The notes beneath the pieces were generated by a model. That model saw only the letters and a list, made by a program, of their open reading frames with translations, was not told the origin of the DNA and did not search any database. 33,147 bases of DNA from a virus (lineage: Duplodnaviria > Caudoviricetes): IMG/VR virus record IMGVR_UViG_3300020043_001076, positions 1 through 33,147 of that record; one strand, given 5' to 3'. This document shows positions 9,238 to 17,470 of this stretch, one piece after another (positions within the stretch are counted from its first letter, which is position 1; each line of letters begins with the position of its first letter). The position numbers and the translations under genes were made by a program.

Positions 9238-9975
9238 ATGTTGATTGACAATGAATCTGAGCCGCTAGGCGAACTTGAAGCTGAAGAAGCTAAGACAACG
9301 CAAGAACTTCCTGAGAAATACAGGGCCAAAAGTTTGGAAGAAGTTGTACGGATGCACCAAGAGGCTGAAAAGCTGATTGGCAAGCAGGCCCAAGAGGTCG
9401 GCGAGGTCCGTAAATTGGCTGACGAGTTGCTCAAGCAGAACCTCAGTTCTAAGCAGCAGCATATTCAGGAGGAAGAACCTGAAGTTGACTTTTTTGAGAA
9501 CCCTCAAAAAGCAGTTCAAGCGACGATTGACAAGCACCCCGATGTCCTCGCAGCCCGGCAAGCCGGTCTTGAGTTCAAACGGATGCAGATTCAGCAAAAG
9601 CTGAACGCAGAGCACCCTGACTACTCCCAAGTGGTCAATGATGCTGAGTTCCAAAGCTGGGTGAAATCCTCACCCGTGCGTGTGGGCCTCTATGCGAAAG
9701 CTGATGGTGAGTTTGATTACGATTCGGCCAATGAACTGTTGTCCACCTTCAAGCAGCTTCGTGGCGTTAAGGCCAAGCAGTCCGAGCAGGCATCCGATGC
9801 TACACGGGCCAAGAGCATGAAAGCCGCGCAAGTTGATGTTGGTGGTTCTGGCGAGAGTTCAAAACGAGTCTATCGACGGGCCGACCTTATTCGGCTGAAA
9901 ATGACAGACCCAGCGAGATACGAAACACTGAGTGATGAAATCATGCAGGCGTATTCCGAAGGGCGAGTCCGGTAA
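9238..9975 (+). CDS. Capsid scaffolding protein
   Basis: Acidic and helical, immediately upstream of the capsid gene; LPEKYRAKSLEE, C-terminal AYSEGRVR. Confidence 0.8.
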   Translation: MLIDNESEPLGELEAEEAKTTQELPEKYRAKSLEEVVRMHQEAEKLIGKQAQEVGEVRKLADELLKQNLSSKQQHIQEEEPEVDFFENPQKAVQATIDKHPDVLAARQAGLEFKRMQIQQKLNAEHPDYSQVVNDAEFQSWVKSSPVRVGLYAKADGEFDYDSANELLSTFKQLRGVKAKQSEQASDATRAKSMKAAQVDVGGSGESSKRVYRRADLIRLKMTDPARYETLSDEIMQAYSEGRVR

Positions 9976-9996
9976 TAACTTTTTTGGAGATTTAAC

Positions 9997-10971
9997 ATGG
10001 CAAACACCGCCTTTTCCCCTACCAATTCGGTAACCACCACCTCCGCAGCTAACTTCATCCCAGAAATCTGGTCTGATGAAATTGTTGCTGCCTTCAAGAA
10101 AAACCTCGTTTTGGCTAACCTGGTCAAGAAGATGTCTTTCAAAGGCAAGAAGGGTGATACTGTCAACATCCCTAGCCCAGCCCGTGGTTCTGCCTCGGCC
10201 AAAGCTGCCACTGATGCCGTGACTCTGATCGCAGAGAGCGACACCAACATTCAAGTGCTCATCAACAAGCACTTTGAATACAGCCGCTTGATCGAGGACA
10301 TCGTTGAGGTGCAAGCCCTGACATCGCTGCGTTCCTTCTACACAGAAGACGCTGGCTATGCCTTGGCTCGTCGCATCGACACCGACTTGGTGCAGCTTGG
10401 CCGCGCTTTCAACGGCGCTACCGTGGGCACTGATGACTACGCAACCAGCGCAGCCTCCACAAAGGCTTATGTCGGCTCTGACGGCACCACAGCCTACAAC
10501 AGCTCGACCTCCAACGCTGCTGCTTTGACTGATGCTGCTATCCGTCGCACCATCCAGCGTCTGGACGACAACGACATCCCTATGGATGGCCGTTTCTTCC
10601 TGATCCCTCCATCGAGCCGCAACACCCTGATGGGCCTGGCCCGTTACACCGAGCAAGCGTTTGTTGGCAACGGCGACGCTATCCGCAATGGTGAAATCGG
10701 TCAGCTCTACGGTATGGCCGTGTTCGCTACCTCCAACGCCGACACTGGCGCTGGTAACAGCACTACCGACCGCATCTGCTTGATGGGCCACCGCGATGCG
10801 ATGGTTTTGGTTGAGCAGTTGGGCATCCGTTCGCAGACTCAGTACAAGCAGGAATACCTGGGCACCTTGTTCACCGCAGACACGATCTATGGTGTGAAGG
10901 CCTTGCGTACCGCTGCTTCTGCTTCGGCTGCTAACGCTTCCGCTGCTTACGCCTTGGCTGTTCCAGCCTAA
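9997..10971 (+). CDS. Major capsid protein
   Basis: FIPEIWS, GDTVNIP, GYALARRID and ADTIYGVK motifs; strong GGAG RBS; high-expression codon bias; followed by a terminator. Confidence 0.92.
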   Translation: MANTAFSPTNSVTTTSAANFIPEIWSDEIVAAFKKNLVLANLVKKMSFKGKKGDTVNIPSPARGSASAKAATDAVTLIAESDTNIQVLINKHFEYSRLIEDIVEVQALTSLRSFYTEDAGYALARRIDTDLVQLGRAFNGATVGTDDYATSAASTKAYVGSDGTTAYNSSTSNAAALTDAAIRRTIQRLDDNDIPMDGRFFLIPPSSRNTLMGLARYTEQAFVGNGDAIRNGEIGQLYGMAVFATSNADTGAGNSTTDRICLMGHRDAMVLVEQLGIRSQTQYKQEYLGTLFTADTIYGVKALRTAASASAANASAAYALAVPA

Positions 10972-10972
10972 T

Positions 10973-11009
10973 GACCCCTCCCCCGGTTTAGGCCGGGGGG
11001 TGTCTTTTT
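10973..11009 (+). terminator. Rho-independent terminator after the capsid gene
   Basis: CCCCCGG-TTTAGG-CCGGGGG stem followed by TGTCTTTTT. Confidence 0.75.
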
Positions 11010-11021
11010 AAGGAGATTCAA

Positions 11022-11345
11022 ATGGCTGCTGCAACCGCAATTACTTCCCGACAGGGTAACGATTCATTCCGTGGTGTTTTTAGTGACACTTGGGAAGTGA
11101 TTTGTACCCTTAATTCAGCTTCTGTAGCAGATCAATCTGCTGGAACTGATACCGTAACCGTTCCTGGTGTTGTCTTGGGCGACATGGTGATTGGTTTGTC
11201 TGCTGGCGTTAGCGAGGCTGGGCTTGTTCGCCGTGCCTATGTTTCCGCTGCCAACACGGTCACCATCGCAACGACCAACACCACTGGCGGTGCTGTTGAC
11301 ATAGCGGCAACAACTGTTAAGTTGGTCATCGCTCGCATGGTCTAA
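11022..11345 (+). CDS. Capsid decoration/minor head protein
   Basis: AAGGAG RBS; beta-rich, TVTVPGVVLGDMV and AYVSAANTVTI; directly after the capsid gene. Confidence 0.7.
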   Translation: MAAATAITSRQGNDSFRGVFSDTWEVICTLNSASVADQSAGTDTVTVPGVVLGDMVIGLSAGVSEAGLVRRAYVSAANTVTIATTNTTGGAVDIAATTVKLVIARMV

Positions 11346-11348
11346 TCT

Positions 11349-11373
11349 AAAGGGGGTTAATAACCCCCTTTTT
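11349..11373 (+). terminator. Rho-independent terminator
   Basis: AAAGGGGGTT-AAT-AACCCCCTTTTT. Confidence 0.8.
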
Positions 11374-11385
11374 AACGGAGTTTTT

Positions 11386-11595
11386 ATGGCTACATTTCGT
11401 TGTTTGGCAAGTGGCAATACGGTGACGTTCACCCAGCAACATGACATTGACTCCATGCGCGGCCACGGCGGCTATGTGCGTGTGGATGACCAAGGCGAAG
11501 CAGCTCTGGTCCAGCCTGAGAACAAAGAACTGCCGATGACGGCCCCGGTCCCTGTCAAGCGAATGGGCCGAGCACGCAAACCTGTTGAAATCTGA
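11386..11595 (+). CDS. Hypothetical protein with basic C-tail
   Basis: GGAG RBS; MATFRCLASGNTV...KRMGRARK. Confidence 0.75.
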   Translation: MATFRCLASGNTVTFTQQHDIDSMRGHGGYVRVDDQGEAALVQPENKELPMTAPVPVKRMGRARKPVEI

Positions 11596-11606
11596 AGGAG
11601 ATCGCC

Positions 11607-11750
11607 ATGTACGGTAAAGCACCCAAGATGATGGATACCAAGAAGGCCAAGAAGGCCATGCCCGTTGCCATTATGGTGGCGGTTGGCAAGCCCAAGCCCA
11701 TGCCAAAGCGTGGTCAGCGCACCATGACCAACAGGGCGAAAAAGAAATGA
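11607..11750 (+). CDS. 47-aa Lys/Met-rich microprotein (not in ORF track)
   Basis: AAGGAG RBS; MYGKAPKMMDTKKAKKAMPVAIMVAVGKPKPMPKRGQRTMTNRAKKK. Confidence 0.8.
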   Translation: MYGKAPKMMDTKKAKKAMPVAIMVAVGKPKPMPKRGQRTMTNRAKKK

Positions 11751-11899
11751 AGACCAAAGCTGAGAAGAAAATCAGCAAGGTCATGCGCGAGTTCAAGGCC
11801 GGTGGCCTGCACTCGGGCAAGGGCGGTCCTGTCGTCAAATCCAAGAAGCAGGCTGTGGCCATCGCACTGTCGCAAGCTGGCAAGGCGAAGAAGAAATGA
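11747..11899 (+). CDS. 50-aa basic protein, DUF6496-like (not in ORF track)
   Basis: MKTKAEKKISKVMREFKAGGLHSGKGGPVVKSKKQAVAIALSQAGKAKKK; ATGA overlaps. Confidence 0.8.
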   Translation: MKTKAEKKISKVMREFKAGGLHSGKGGPVVKSKKQAVAIALSQAGKAKKK

Positions 11900-12048
11900 A
11901 GCCCGGCCTCTACACCAACATCCGCGCCAAACAAGCCCGCATCAAAGCAGGCTCTGGTGAGAAGATGCGCAAGCCCGGCACCAAAGGCGCGCCTACCGCT
12001 GCTGCCTTCAAGGCTGCGGCCAAGACAGCCAAGAAGGTCAAAAAATGA
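11896..12048 (+). CDS. 50-aa Lys/Ala-rich microprotein (not in ORF track)
   Basis: MKPGLYTNIRAKQARIKAGSGEKMRKPGTKGAPTAAAFKAAAKTAKKVKK; ATGA overlaps. Confidence 0.8.
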   Translation: MKPGLYTNIRAKQARIKAGSGEKMRKPGTKGAPTAAAFKAAAKTAKKVKK

Positions 12049-12338
12049 AAACGCCAGCCTGGCAGCGCAAAGAAGGACAGTCCAAGACCGGGGGCTTGAA
12101 CGCCAAAGGCAGGGCATCTTATAATGCGTCAACCGGGGGCGATCTCAAAGCCCCGGTCAAATCAGGCGACAACCCTCGACGGGCCTCCTTCCTTGCACGA
12201 ATGGGCAATATGCCCGGACCCGAGATGAAGGACGGTAAGCCTACTCGGCTGCTCTTGTCTCTGAAGGCTTGGGGTGCGTCATCCAAAGAGGATGCCAAGG
12301 CCAAGGCCAAGGCGATCTCAGCCAGGAACAAGAAATGA
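12045..12338 (+). CDS. Basic protein, DUF6321-like
   Basis: AWQRKEG...GGLNAKGRASYN...RRASFLARM...LKAW. Confidence 0.75.
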   Translation: MKTPAWQRKEGQSKTGGLNAKGRASYNASTGGDLKAPVKSGDNPRRASFLARMGNMPGPEMKDGKPTRLLLSLKAWGASSKEDAKAKAKAISARNKK

Positions 12339-12670
12339 GACCAGTATCTGTCGGCGTTAATCCAACAGCAGCTACGCTGACGACCGTCTATACGGTGCCG
12401 ACCGGGTACTATGCAAAATTCACGGTGATGTACATCCACAACACTGGCGGGTCGACCAAGCACATCACCGTCCAGTGGATAGACACCAGCACCAGCATGA
12501 CTTATGACATCCTGACGGAATACACGTTGTCCGCGAAAAATTACCTACAGTTTGATGGTAATGCGTACATCGTGCTGGAAGAAGGCGACACGATCAAGAT
12601 CACCACCGAGTCGGGCAGCACGTTCAGTTTTATTGCCACATTTGAAGAAACAGGGTTGACACGCCAATGA
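12335..12670 (+). CDS. Beta-rich virion protein
   Basis: ATG 12335 overlaps the previous stop; TVYTVPTG...IVLEEGDTIK. Confidence 0.75.
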   Translation: MRPVSVGVNPTAATLTTVYTVPTGYYAKFTVMYIHNTGGSTKHITVQWIDTSTSMTYDILTEYTLSAKNYLQFDGNAYIVLEEGDTIKITTESGSTFSFIATFEETGLTRQ

Positions 12671-13314
12671 CCTACCTCCAACTCATCAACGACGTGCTGG
12701 TCCGGCTGCGCGAGACTCAGGTCTCCACCAGCACTGAGACCACCTATTCCACCTTGATCGGCAAGTTTGTCAACGATGCCAAGCGCCAGATTGAGGATGC
12801 CTACGGCTGGAACGTGCTCGGCCAGACGGTGACGATCACCACCACGCCCGGCACCTACATCTATTCGATGACTGGCGCAGGCCAGAAGTTCCAAGTGATG
12901 GACGCAATCAACACGACCGCCAACGTTGGGCTGCGCAACATCAGCTTTGTGGAGATGAACCGTTTCCAGAACTTCGTGCCTGCCATCAGCGGCATCCCTG
13001 AGTATTACGCTTTTGATGGTGTGGACGGCAGCGGCGACACCAAGGTGGTGCTGTACGCCCGTCCAGATAACGTCTACGTCCTTCCTTTCTCGTTGACCGT
13101 GCCCCAAGCCACACTGTCGTCGGACAACACGCTGGTGCTTGTTCCTGACGTGCTGGTGGTGCAAAACGCCTACGCCCGTGCTCTGGTTGAGCGCGGCGAG
13201 GATGGGGGCCTTAACAGCTCCGAGGCGTACCAGTTGTATCGCTCGATGCTGGCCGACTACATCGCGCTGGAGGGCACTCGCTATCCAGAGAATCAAGAGT
13301 TTGTTGCCATATGA
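12667..13314 (+). CDS. Head-tail adaptor / tail tubular protein A-like
   Basis: MTYLQLINDVLVRLRE...FVNDAKRQIEDAYGW; position before the nozzle gene. Confidence 0.75.
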   Translation: MTYLQLINDVLVRLRETQVSTSTETTYSTLIGKFVNDAKRQIEDAYGWNVLGQTVTITTTPGTYIYSMTGAGQKFQVMDAINTTANVGLRNISFVEMNRFQNFVPAISGIPEYYAFDGVDGSGDTKVVLYARPDNVYVLPFSLTVPQATLSSDNTLVLVPDVLVVQNAYARALVERGEDGGLNSSEAYQLYRSMLADYIALEGTRYPENQEFVAI

Positions 13315-14855
13315 GCCAAGTCCTCCAGACCGCCAGTGTTGCAGCGCCGGGTTTCTTCGGCCTGAACACCCAGGACAGTCCATTGAATTTGGATTCTGGC
13401 TTTGCGCTGGTCGCCACCAACTGCGTGATCGACAAGTACGGTCGCATCGGTTCTCGCAAGGGCTGGAGCCGGGTCAACAGCTCGTCCGGCAACCTGGGTG
13501 CGAACAACGTCGGCGTGATCCATGAACTGGTGCAGTCGGACGGCACGATCACGGTGTTGTTTGCTGGCAACAACAAACTGTTCAAGCTGGACGGCTCCAA
13601 CGCTGTGGTCGAGTTGACCTACGGGGGTGGGGGGACAGCGCCGACGATCACGGCCAGCAACTGGTCTTGCGCATCGCTCAACGGCATCACCTACTTCTTC
13701 CAGACCGGCCATGACCCGTTGATCTTTGACCCGGCTGTCAGCACAACGACCTACCGCCGAGTGACGGAAAAGACAGGCTACGTCGGCACCGTTCCGTCTG
13801 GCGACATCGTGCTGTCTGCGTTTGGTCGGCTGTGGGTGGCGAACACCGCAACCGTGAAAAACACGGTTTACTTTTCTGATCTGCTGGCCGGACACGTTTG
13901 GTCAACAGGTACGGCAGGCTCCCTGAACGTGGACAGGGTGTGGCCGTCAGGCTCTGACGAGGTGCAGGGCTTGGCCGCGCACAACGGCTTTTTGATCATC
14001 TTCGGCAAGCGCCAGATTCTGGTCTACGCCAACGCCACCACGCCGTCCACCATGAGCCTGTCCGACACGGTGGGGGGCATAGGTTGCCTCGCGCGCGACT
14101 CGATCCAGTCCACGGGCAAGGATGTGCTGTTCTTGTCCAACTCGGGCGTGCGCTCGTTTGCCCGAACGATCATAGAGAAGTCGGCTCCGCTGGGCGACCT
14201 GTCCAAGAACGTGCGCAGCGACTTGATGGGCATTGTGGGCGGTGAAACACTAGCAAACATTAAGTCGGTCTATTCGGAGTCTGAGGCGTTTTATCTGCTG
14301 ACGCTGCCCTCAGTCAAGGAGGTGTACTGCTTTGACACCCGCACGCAACTGCAAGACGGCGCGTTTCGGATTACCAAATGGGACTCGATTGAGCCAACGG
14401 CGCTGCTTTCGCGGCGCAACGGCGACTTACTGATCGGCAAGAACGGCTACATCGGCAAGTACAACACCTATCAAGACCACACCACGCTGTACAGGATGCT
14501 GTACTACACGAACCACGCCGACCTTGGCAACGCCAACGTCACGTCGTTGCTCAAGCGCCTGAAGGTGGTAGTGATCGGCGGCACCAACCAGTACGTGACG
14601 ATGAAGTGGGGCTTTGACTTTATTGCCAACTACCAGTCGGCCAGCGCTTTGATCCCAACGCAAGGGGTCAGCGAATACGGCATTGGTGAGTACGGCATTG
14701 CTGAATATTCTGAGGGCGTGGCCCTGCAAACGCTATCGGTGTCGGCAAGCGGCAGCGGTAAAATCGTGCAAACAGGCTACGAGACCAACATCAGCGGAGC
14801 GCCTTTGTCAATTCAACGGATTGAGATTCAGTCCAAAGACGGGAAAATATCATGA
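13311..14855 (+). CDS. Tail nozzle / DNA stabilisation protein (P22 gp10 / T7 gp12-like)
   Basis: 514 aa beta-propeller-like; FFGLNTQDSP, GRLW, IGCLARDSI and VLFLSNSGVRS motifs. Confidence 0.8.
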   Translation: MSQVLQTASVAAPGFFGLNTQDSPLNLDSGFALVATNCVIDKYGRIGSRKGWSRVNSSSGNLGANNVGVIHELVQSDGTITVLFAGNNKLFKLDGSNAVVELTYGGGGTAPTITASNWSCASLNGITYFFQTGHDPLIFDPAVSTTTYRRVTEKTGYVGTVPSGDIVLSAFGRLWVANTATVKNTVYFSDLLAGHVWSTGTAGSLNVDRVWPSGSDEVQGLAAHNGFLIIFGKRQILVYANATTPSTMSLSDTVGGIGCLARDSIQSTGKDVLFLSNSGVRSFARTIIEKSAPLGDLSKNVRSDLMGIVGGETLANIKSVYSESEAFYLLTLPSVKEVYCFDTRTQLQDGAFRITKWDSIEPTALLSRRNGDLLIGKNGYIGKYNTYQDHTTLYRMLYYTNHADLGNANVTSLLKRLKVVVIGGTNQYVTMKWGFDFIANYQSASALIPTQGVSEYGIGEYGIAEYSEGVALQTLSVSASGSGKIVQTGYETNISGAPLSIQRIEIQSKDGKIS

Positions 14856-15700
14856 GTAACTACACCAAGAGCACCAACTTTGCGACCAAGGACGCGCTGC
14901 CCTCGGGTGATCCCATCAAGATCGTCAAGGGCACCGAGATCGACACCGAGTTCAACAACATCGCCACCGCGATTGCGACCAAAGCTGACTTGGTGTCGCC
15001 TACGTTTACAGGCTCACCAGTTCTGCCGACAGGCACAACAGGCGTGACGCAAAGCGCAGGCAACGACTCTACTGCGCTGGCCACGACCGCGTATGCCGAC
15101 GCAGCCATCACCGCCGAACGCACTGCGACGGCGACGCTGACAAATAAGAGCCTGACCAGCCCTACGTTGACAGGCACGCCAGTCGCTCCCACAGCTTCGG
15201 TTGACACCAACACAACGCAAGTGGCGACGACTGCGTTTGTCGTAGCGCAGATTGCTGACGATGCCCCCACCAAGACGGGCACAGGGGCTTCCGGAACTTG
15301 GGGCATTGATATTTCCGGCAACGCCGCGACAGCGACAAACCTGTCTACGGCTTCTGGCTCGGCTCCTAGCTATTCAGCGCGGGCATGGGTTAACTTTGAT
15401 GGCACTAATGCGTTTTCGCCAAACCCTAGCACCACCGCTATTCGTGCCAGTGGTAACGTGACCAGCATCACTGATAACGGCTTGGGTGACTTCACAGTCA
15501 ACTTCACAACTGCGATGCCAGATGCGAATTACTCAATCGTAGGTACAGGAAGAAATGATGCAAATGCTGGTGCAGGGACGGTTTTTCTGCAAAGCGGATA
15601 TACGCCGACAGCAAGTGCTGTCAGGTTGCAGACTGGTGCAGTAGCAGGATCACTTAACGCTTCTGACTTACCGCAAGTCAACATCGCTGTCTTCCGTTAA
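14852..15700 (+). CDS. Tail fibre protein
   Basis: N-terminal EIDTEFNNIATAI anchor, two SPT.TG.P..PT...T..ATTA fibre repeats, C-terminal ARAWVNFDG...VNFTTAMPDANY domain. Confidence 0.8.
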   Translation: MSNYTKSTNFATKDALPSGDPIKIVKGTEIDTEFNNIATAIATKADLVSPTFTGSPVLPTGTTGVTQSAGNDSTALATTAYADAAITAERTATATLTNKSLTSPTLTGTPVAPTASVDTNTTQVATTAFVVAQIADDAPTKTGTGASGTWGIDISGNAATATNLSTASGSAPSYSARAWVNFDGTNAFSPNPSTTAIRASGNVTSITDNGLGDFTVNFTTAMPDANYSIVGTGRNDANAGAGTVFLQSGYTPTASAVRLQTGAVAGSLNASDLPQVNIAVFR

Positions 15701-15721
15701 CTTTTTTTTAAAGGAACCAAA

Positions 15722-15913
15722 ATGAACTCTCGTATCATTTACCCAACTGACGATGGCGGCGTGGCCGTTATCGTTCCCGCCGCTGAGTGTGGTCTTAGCA
15801 TCGAACAAATCGCGGCCAAGGACGTGCCAGAAGGTAAGCCTTACAAGATCGTGGATGTCAGTGACATCCCAACAGACCGCACATTCCGTAATGCTTGGGA
15901 GTACACAGCATGA
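15722..15913 (+). CDS. Putative tail fibre assembly/accessory protein
   Basis: AAGGA RBS; AKDVPEGKPYKIVD...DRTFRNAW. Confidence 0.7.
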   Translation: MNSRIIYPTDDGGVAVIVPAAECGLSIEQIAAKDVPEGKPYKIVDVSDIPTDRTFRNAWEYTA

Positions 15914-16131
15914 TCGCCGTCAACATTGATAAGGCCAAGGCCATCGCCCACGACATCCGCCGTGGCTCGCGCGCCATTGAGTTCGCGCCGCTGGACGTCA
16001 AGGCCACCATCCCAAGCGAAGCGGCGGCAGCTGAAGCCGCCCGTCAAGCTGTTCGTGAAAAGTACGCAACCATGCAAGCAGCGATTGACGCCGCGTCAAC
16101 GACTGACGAGATCAAGGCCGCTCTCGCATGA
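15910..16131 (+). CDS. Putative tail fibre assembly/accessory protein
   Basis: ATGA overlap; MIAVNIDKAKAIAHDIRR...IDAASTTDEIKA. Confidence 0.7.
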   Translation: MIAVNIDKAKAIAHDIRRGSRAIEFAPLDVKATIPSEAAAAEAARQAVREKYATMQAAIDAASTTDEIKAALA

Positions 16132-16421
16132 TCACGCACCACTTCAGCGATGGACTGTACGCCAAAGAGGCCGCATTCGCGGCTGGCACGGCCATCCTGA
16201 AGCACACGCATGACTTCAGCCACCTGTCGATCCTGGCTGTGGGCAAGGTGGCGGTAATGAAGGGTGACAAGATTGAGGTGGTCGAAGGCCCGGCCTGCAT
16301 AGAAATCAAGGCTGGCCTGACGCACGGCGTTAAGGCCATCACGGATTGCGTTTGGTTTTGTATTCACGCCACTGACGAGAAAGACCCGTCAAAAGTGGAT
16401 GACGTTTTGATTGGAGTTTAA
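16128..16421 (+). CDS. Cupin-fold protein
   Basis: KHTHDFSHLSILAVGKV and AGLTHGV match the cupin His motifs. Confidence 0.7.
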   Translation: MITHHFSDGLYAKEAAFAAGTAILKHTHDFSHLSILAVGKVAVMKGDKIEVVEGPACIEIKAGLTHGVKAITDCVWFCIHATDEKDPSKVDDVLIGV

Positions 16422-16422
16422 T

Positions 16423-17460
16423 ATGCCGTGGATTTCAGGTGGATTTGCATTAGCGGGTGGTTTGCTTGGCGGCAGCTCTGCCCGCAGCGCAGCCAACACA
16501 CAAGCAGCATCGCAAGAACGCACAGCACAACTTGCGCTTGAAGAAAACCGGTTCCGTCCGGTGGGCATCACGACACGCTTCGGCCAGTCGCAGTTCCAGA
16601 CTGACCCGCAAGGCCGAGTATCAGGGGCCAGCTACACGCTCGACCCACAACTCGCGGCCATGCAAGACCGCTTCTTGGGCCTAGCGGAGGGTGGTCTGAC
16701 GCAGGCCGAGCAAGCGCGGCAGCAGTTTGCGCCATTGCAAGGTGCAGCGCAGGGTCTGTTTAGCCTCGGACAACAGTACTTAGCCCAATCACCCGAAGAT
16801 GTTGCGCAGCAGTACATGGCCGGGCAGCAGAACCTGTTGGCCCCCAGCCGTGAGCGCCAGCTTGCACAGCTCCAGAACCAACTGTTCCAGACAGGCCGTG
16901 GCGGCTTGGCCGTGGGCGCAACAGGTGAGCGACCAAGTGGTGCGGCAGGGCTCGGCGCAGCCAACCCCGAGATGGAGGCGTACTACAACGCCTTGGCCCA
17001 GCAGGACGCTGCTTTGGCAACGCAGGCCATGCAGGCTGGGCAGCAGCAGGTGGCGTTCGGTGCGGGTCTGTTTGGCACGGGTGGCAACCTGCTCACACAA
17101 GGTTACGGCGGTCAGGCTGCTGCGCTTGACCCATACAGAGCGTACTTGGCTGGCGCAACTGGCTTGGAGAGTTTGGGCCAGCAGCCTTTGCAGCTTGGCA
17201 TTGACATTGGTGCCAAGGGTCAGAGTGCGGGTGGTGCTCAAGCGCTGCTGCAAGGTGGCATGGGCGCGGCCAATACCCGATTCGCAGCCAACGCCTACAA
17301 CCCGTTTGCTACTGCGCTCACGGCTTTCAGCCAGAACCCTGCGCTCACGAATAGTGCCGCAAAGATGTTCGGCGGTGGTGGCGATGCAAGAGGCTATATG
17401 CCGACCAATTTCGGTACTGGGTCAGCTTTCGGCAACCAAGACCTCGGCGCGTTCCTGTAA
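16423..17460 (+). CDS. Internal virion / DNA ejection protein (Gly/Ala/Gln-rich)
   Basis: GGAG RBS before ATG 16423; hydrophobic Gly-rich N-terminus as in P22 gp7-like pilot proteins; position. Confidence 0.7.
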   Translation: MPWISGGFALAGGLLGGSSARSAANTQAASQERTAQLALEENRFRPVGITTRFGQSQFQTDPQGRVSGASYTLDPQLAAMQDRFLGLAEGGLTQAEQARQQFAPLQGAAQGLFSLGQQYLAQSPEDVAQQYMAGQQNLLAPSRERQLAQLQNQLFQTGRGGLAVGATGERPSGAAGLGAANPEMEAYYNALAQQDAALATQAMQAGQQQVAFGAGLFGTGGNLLTQGYGGQAAALDPYRAYLAGATGLESLGQQPLQLGIDIGAKGQSAGGAQALLQGGMGAANTRFAANAYNPFATALTAFSQNPALTNSAAKMFGGGGDARGYMPTNFGTGSAFGNQDLGAFL

Positions 17461-17470
17461 GGAGTAAGAC

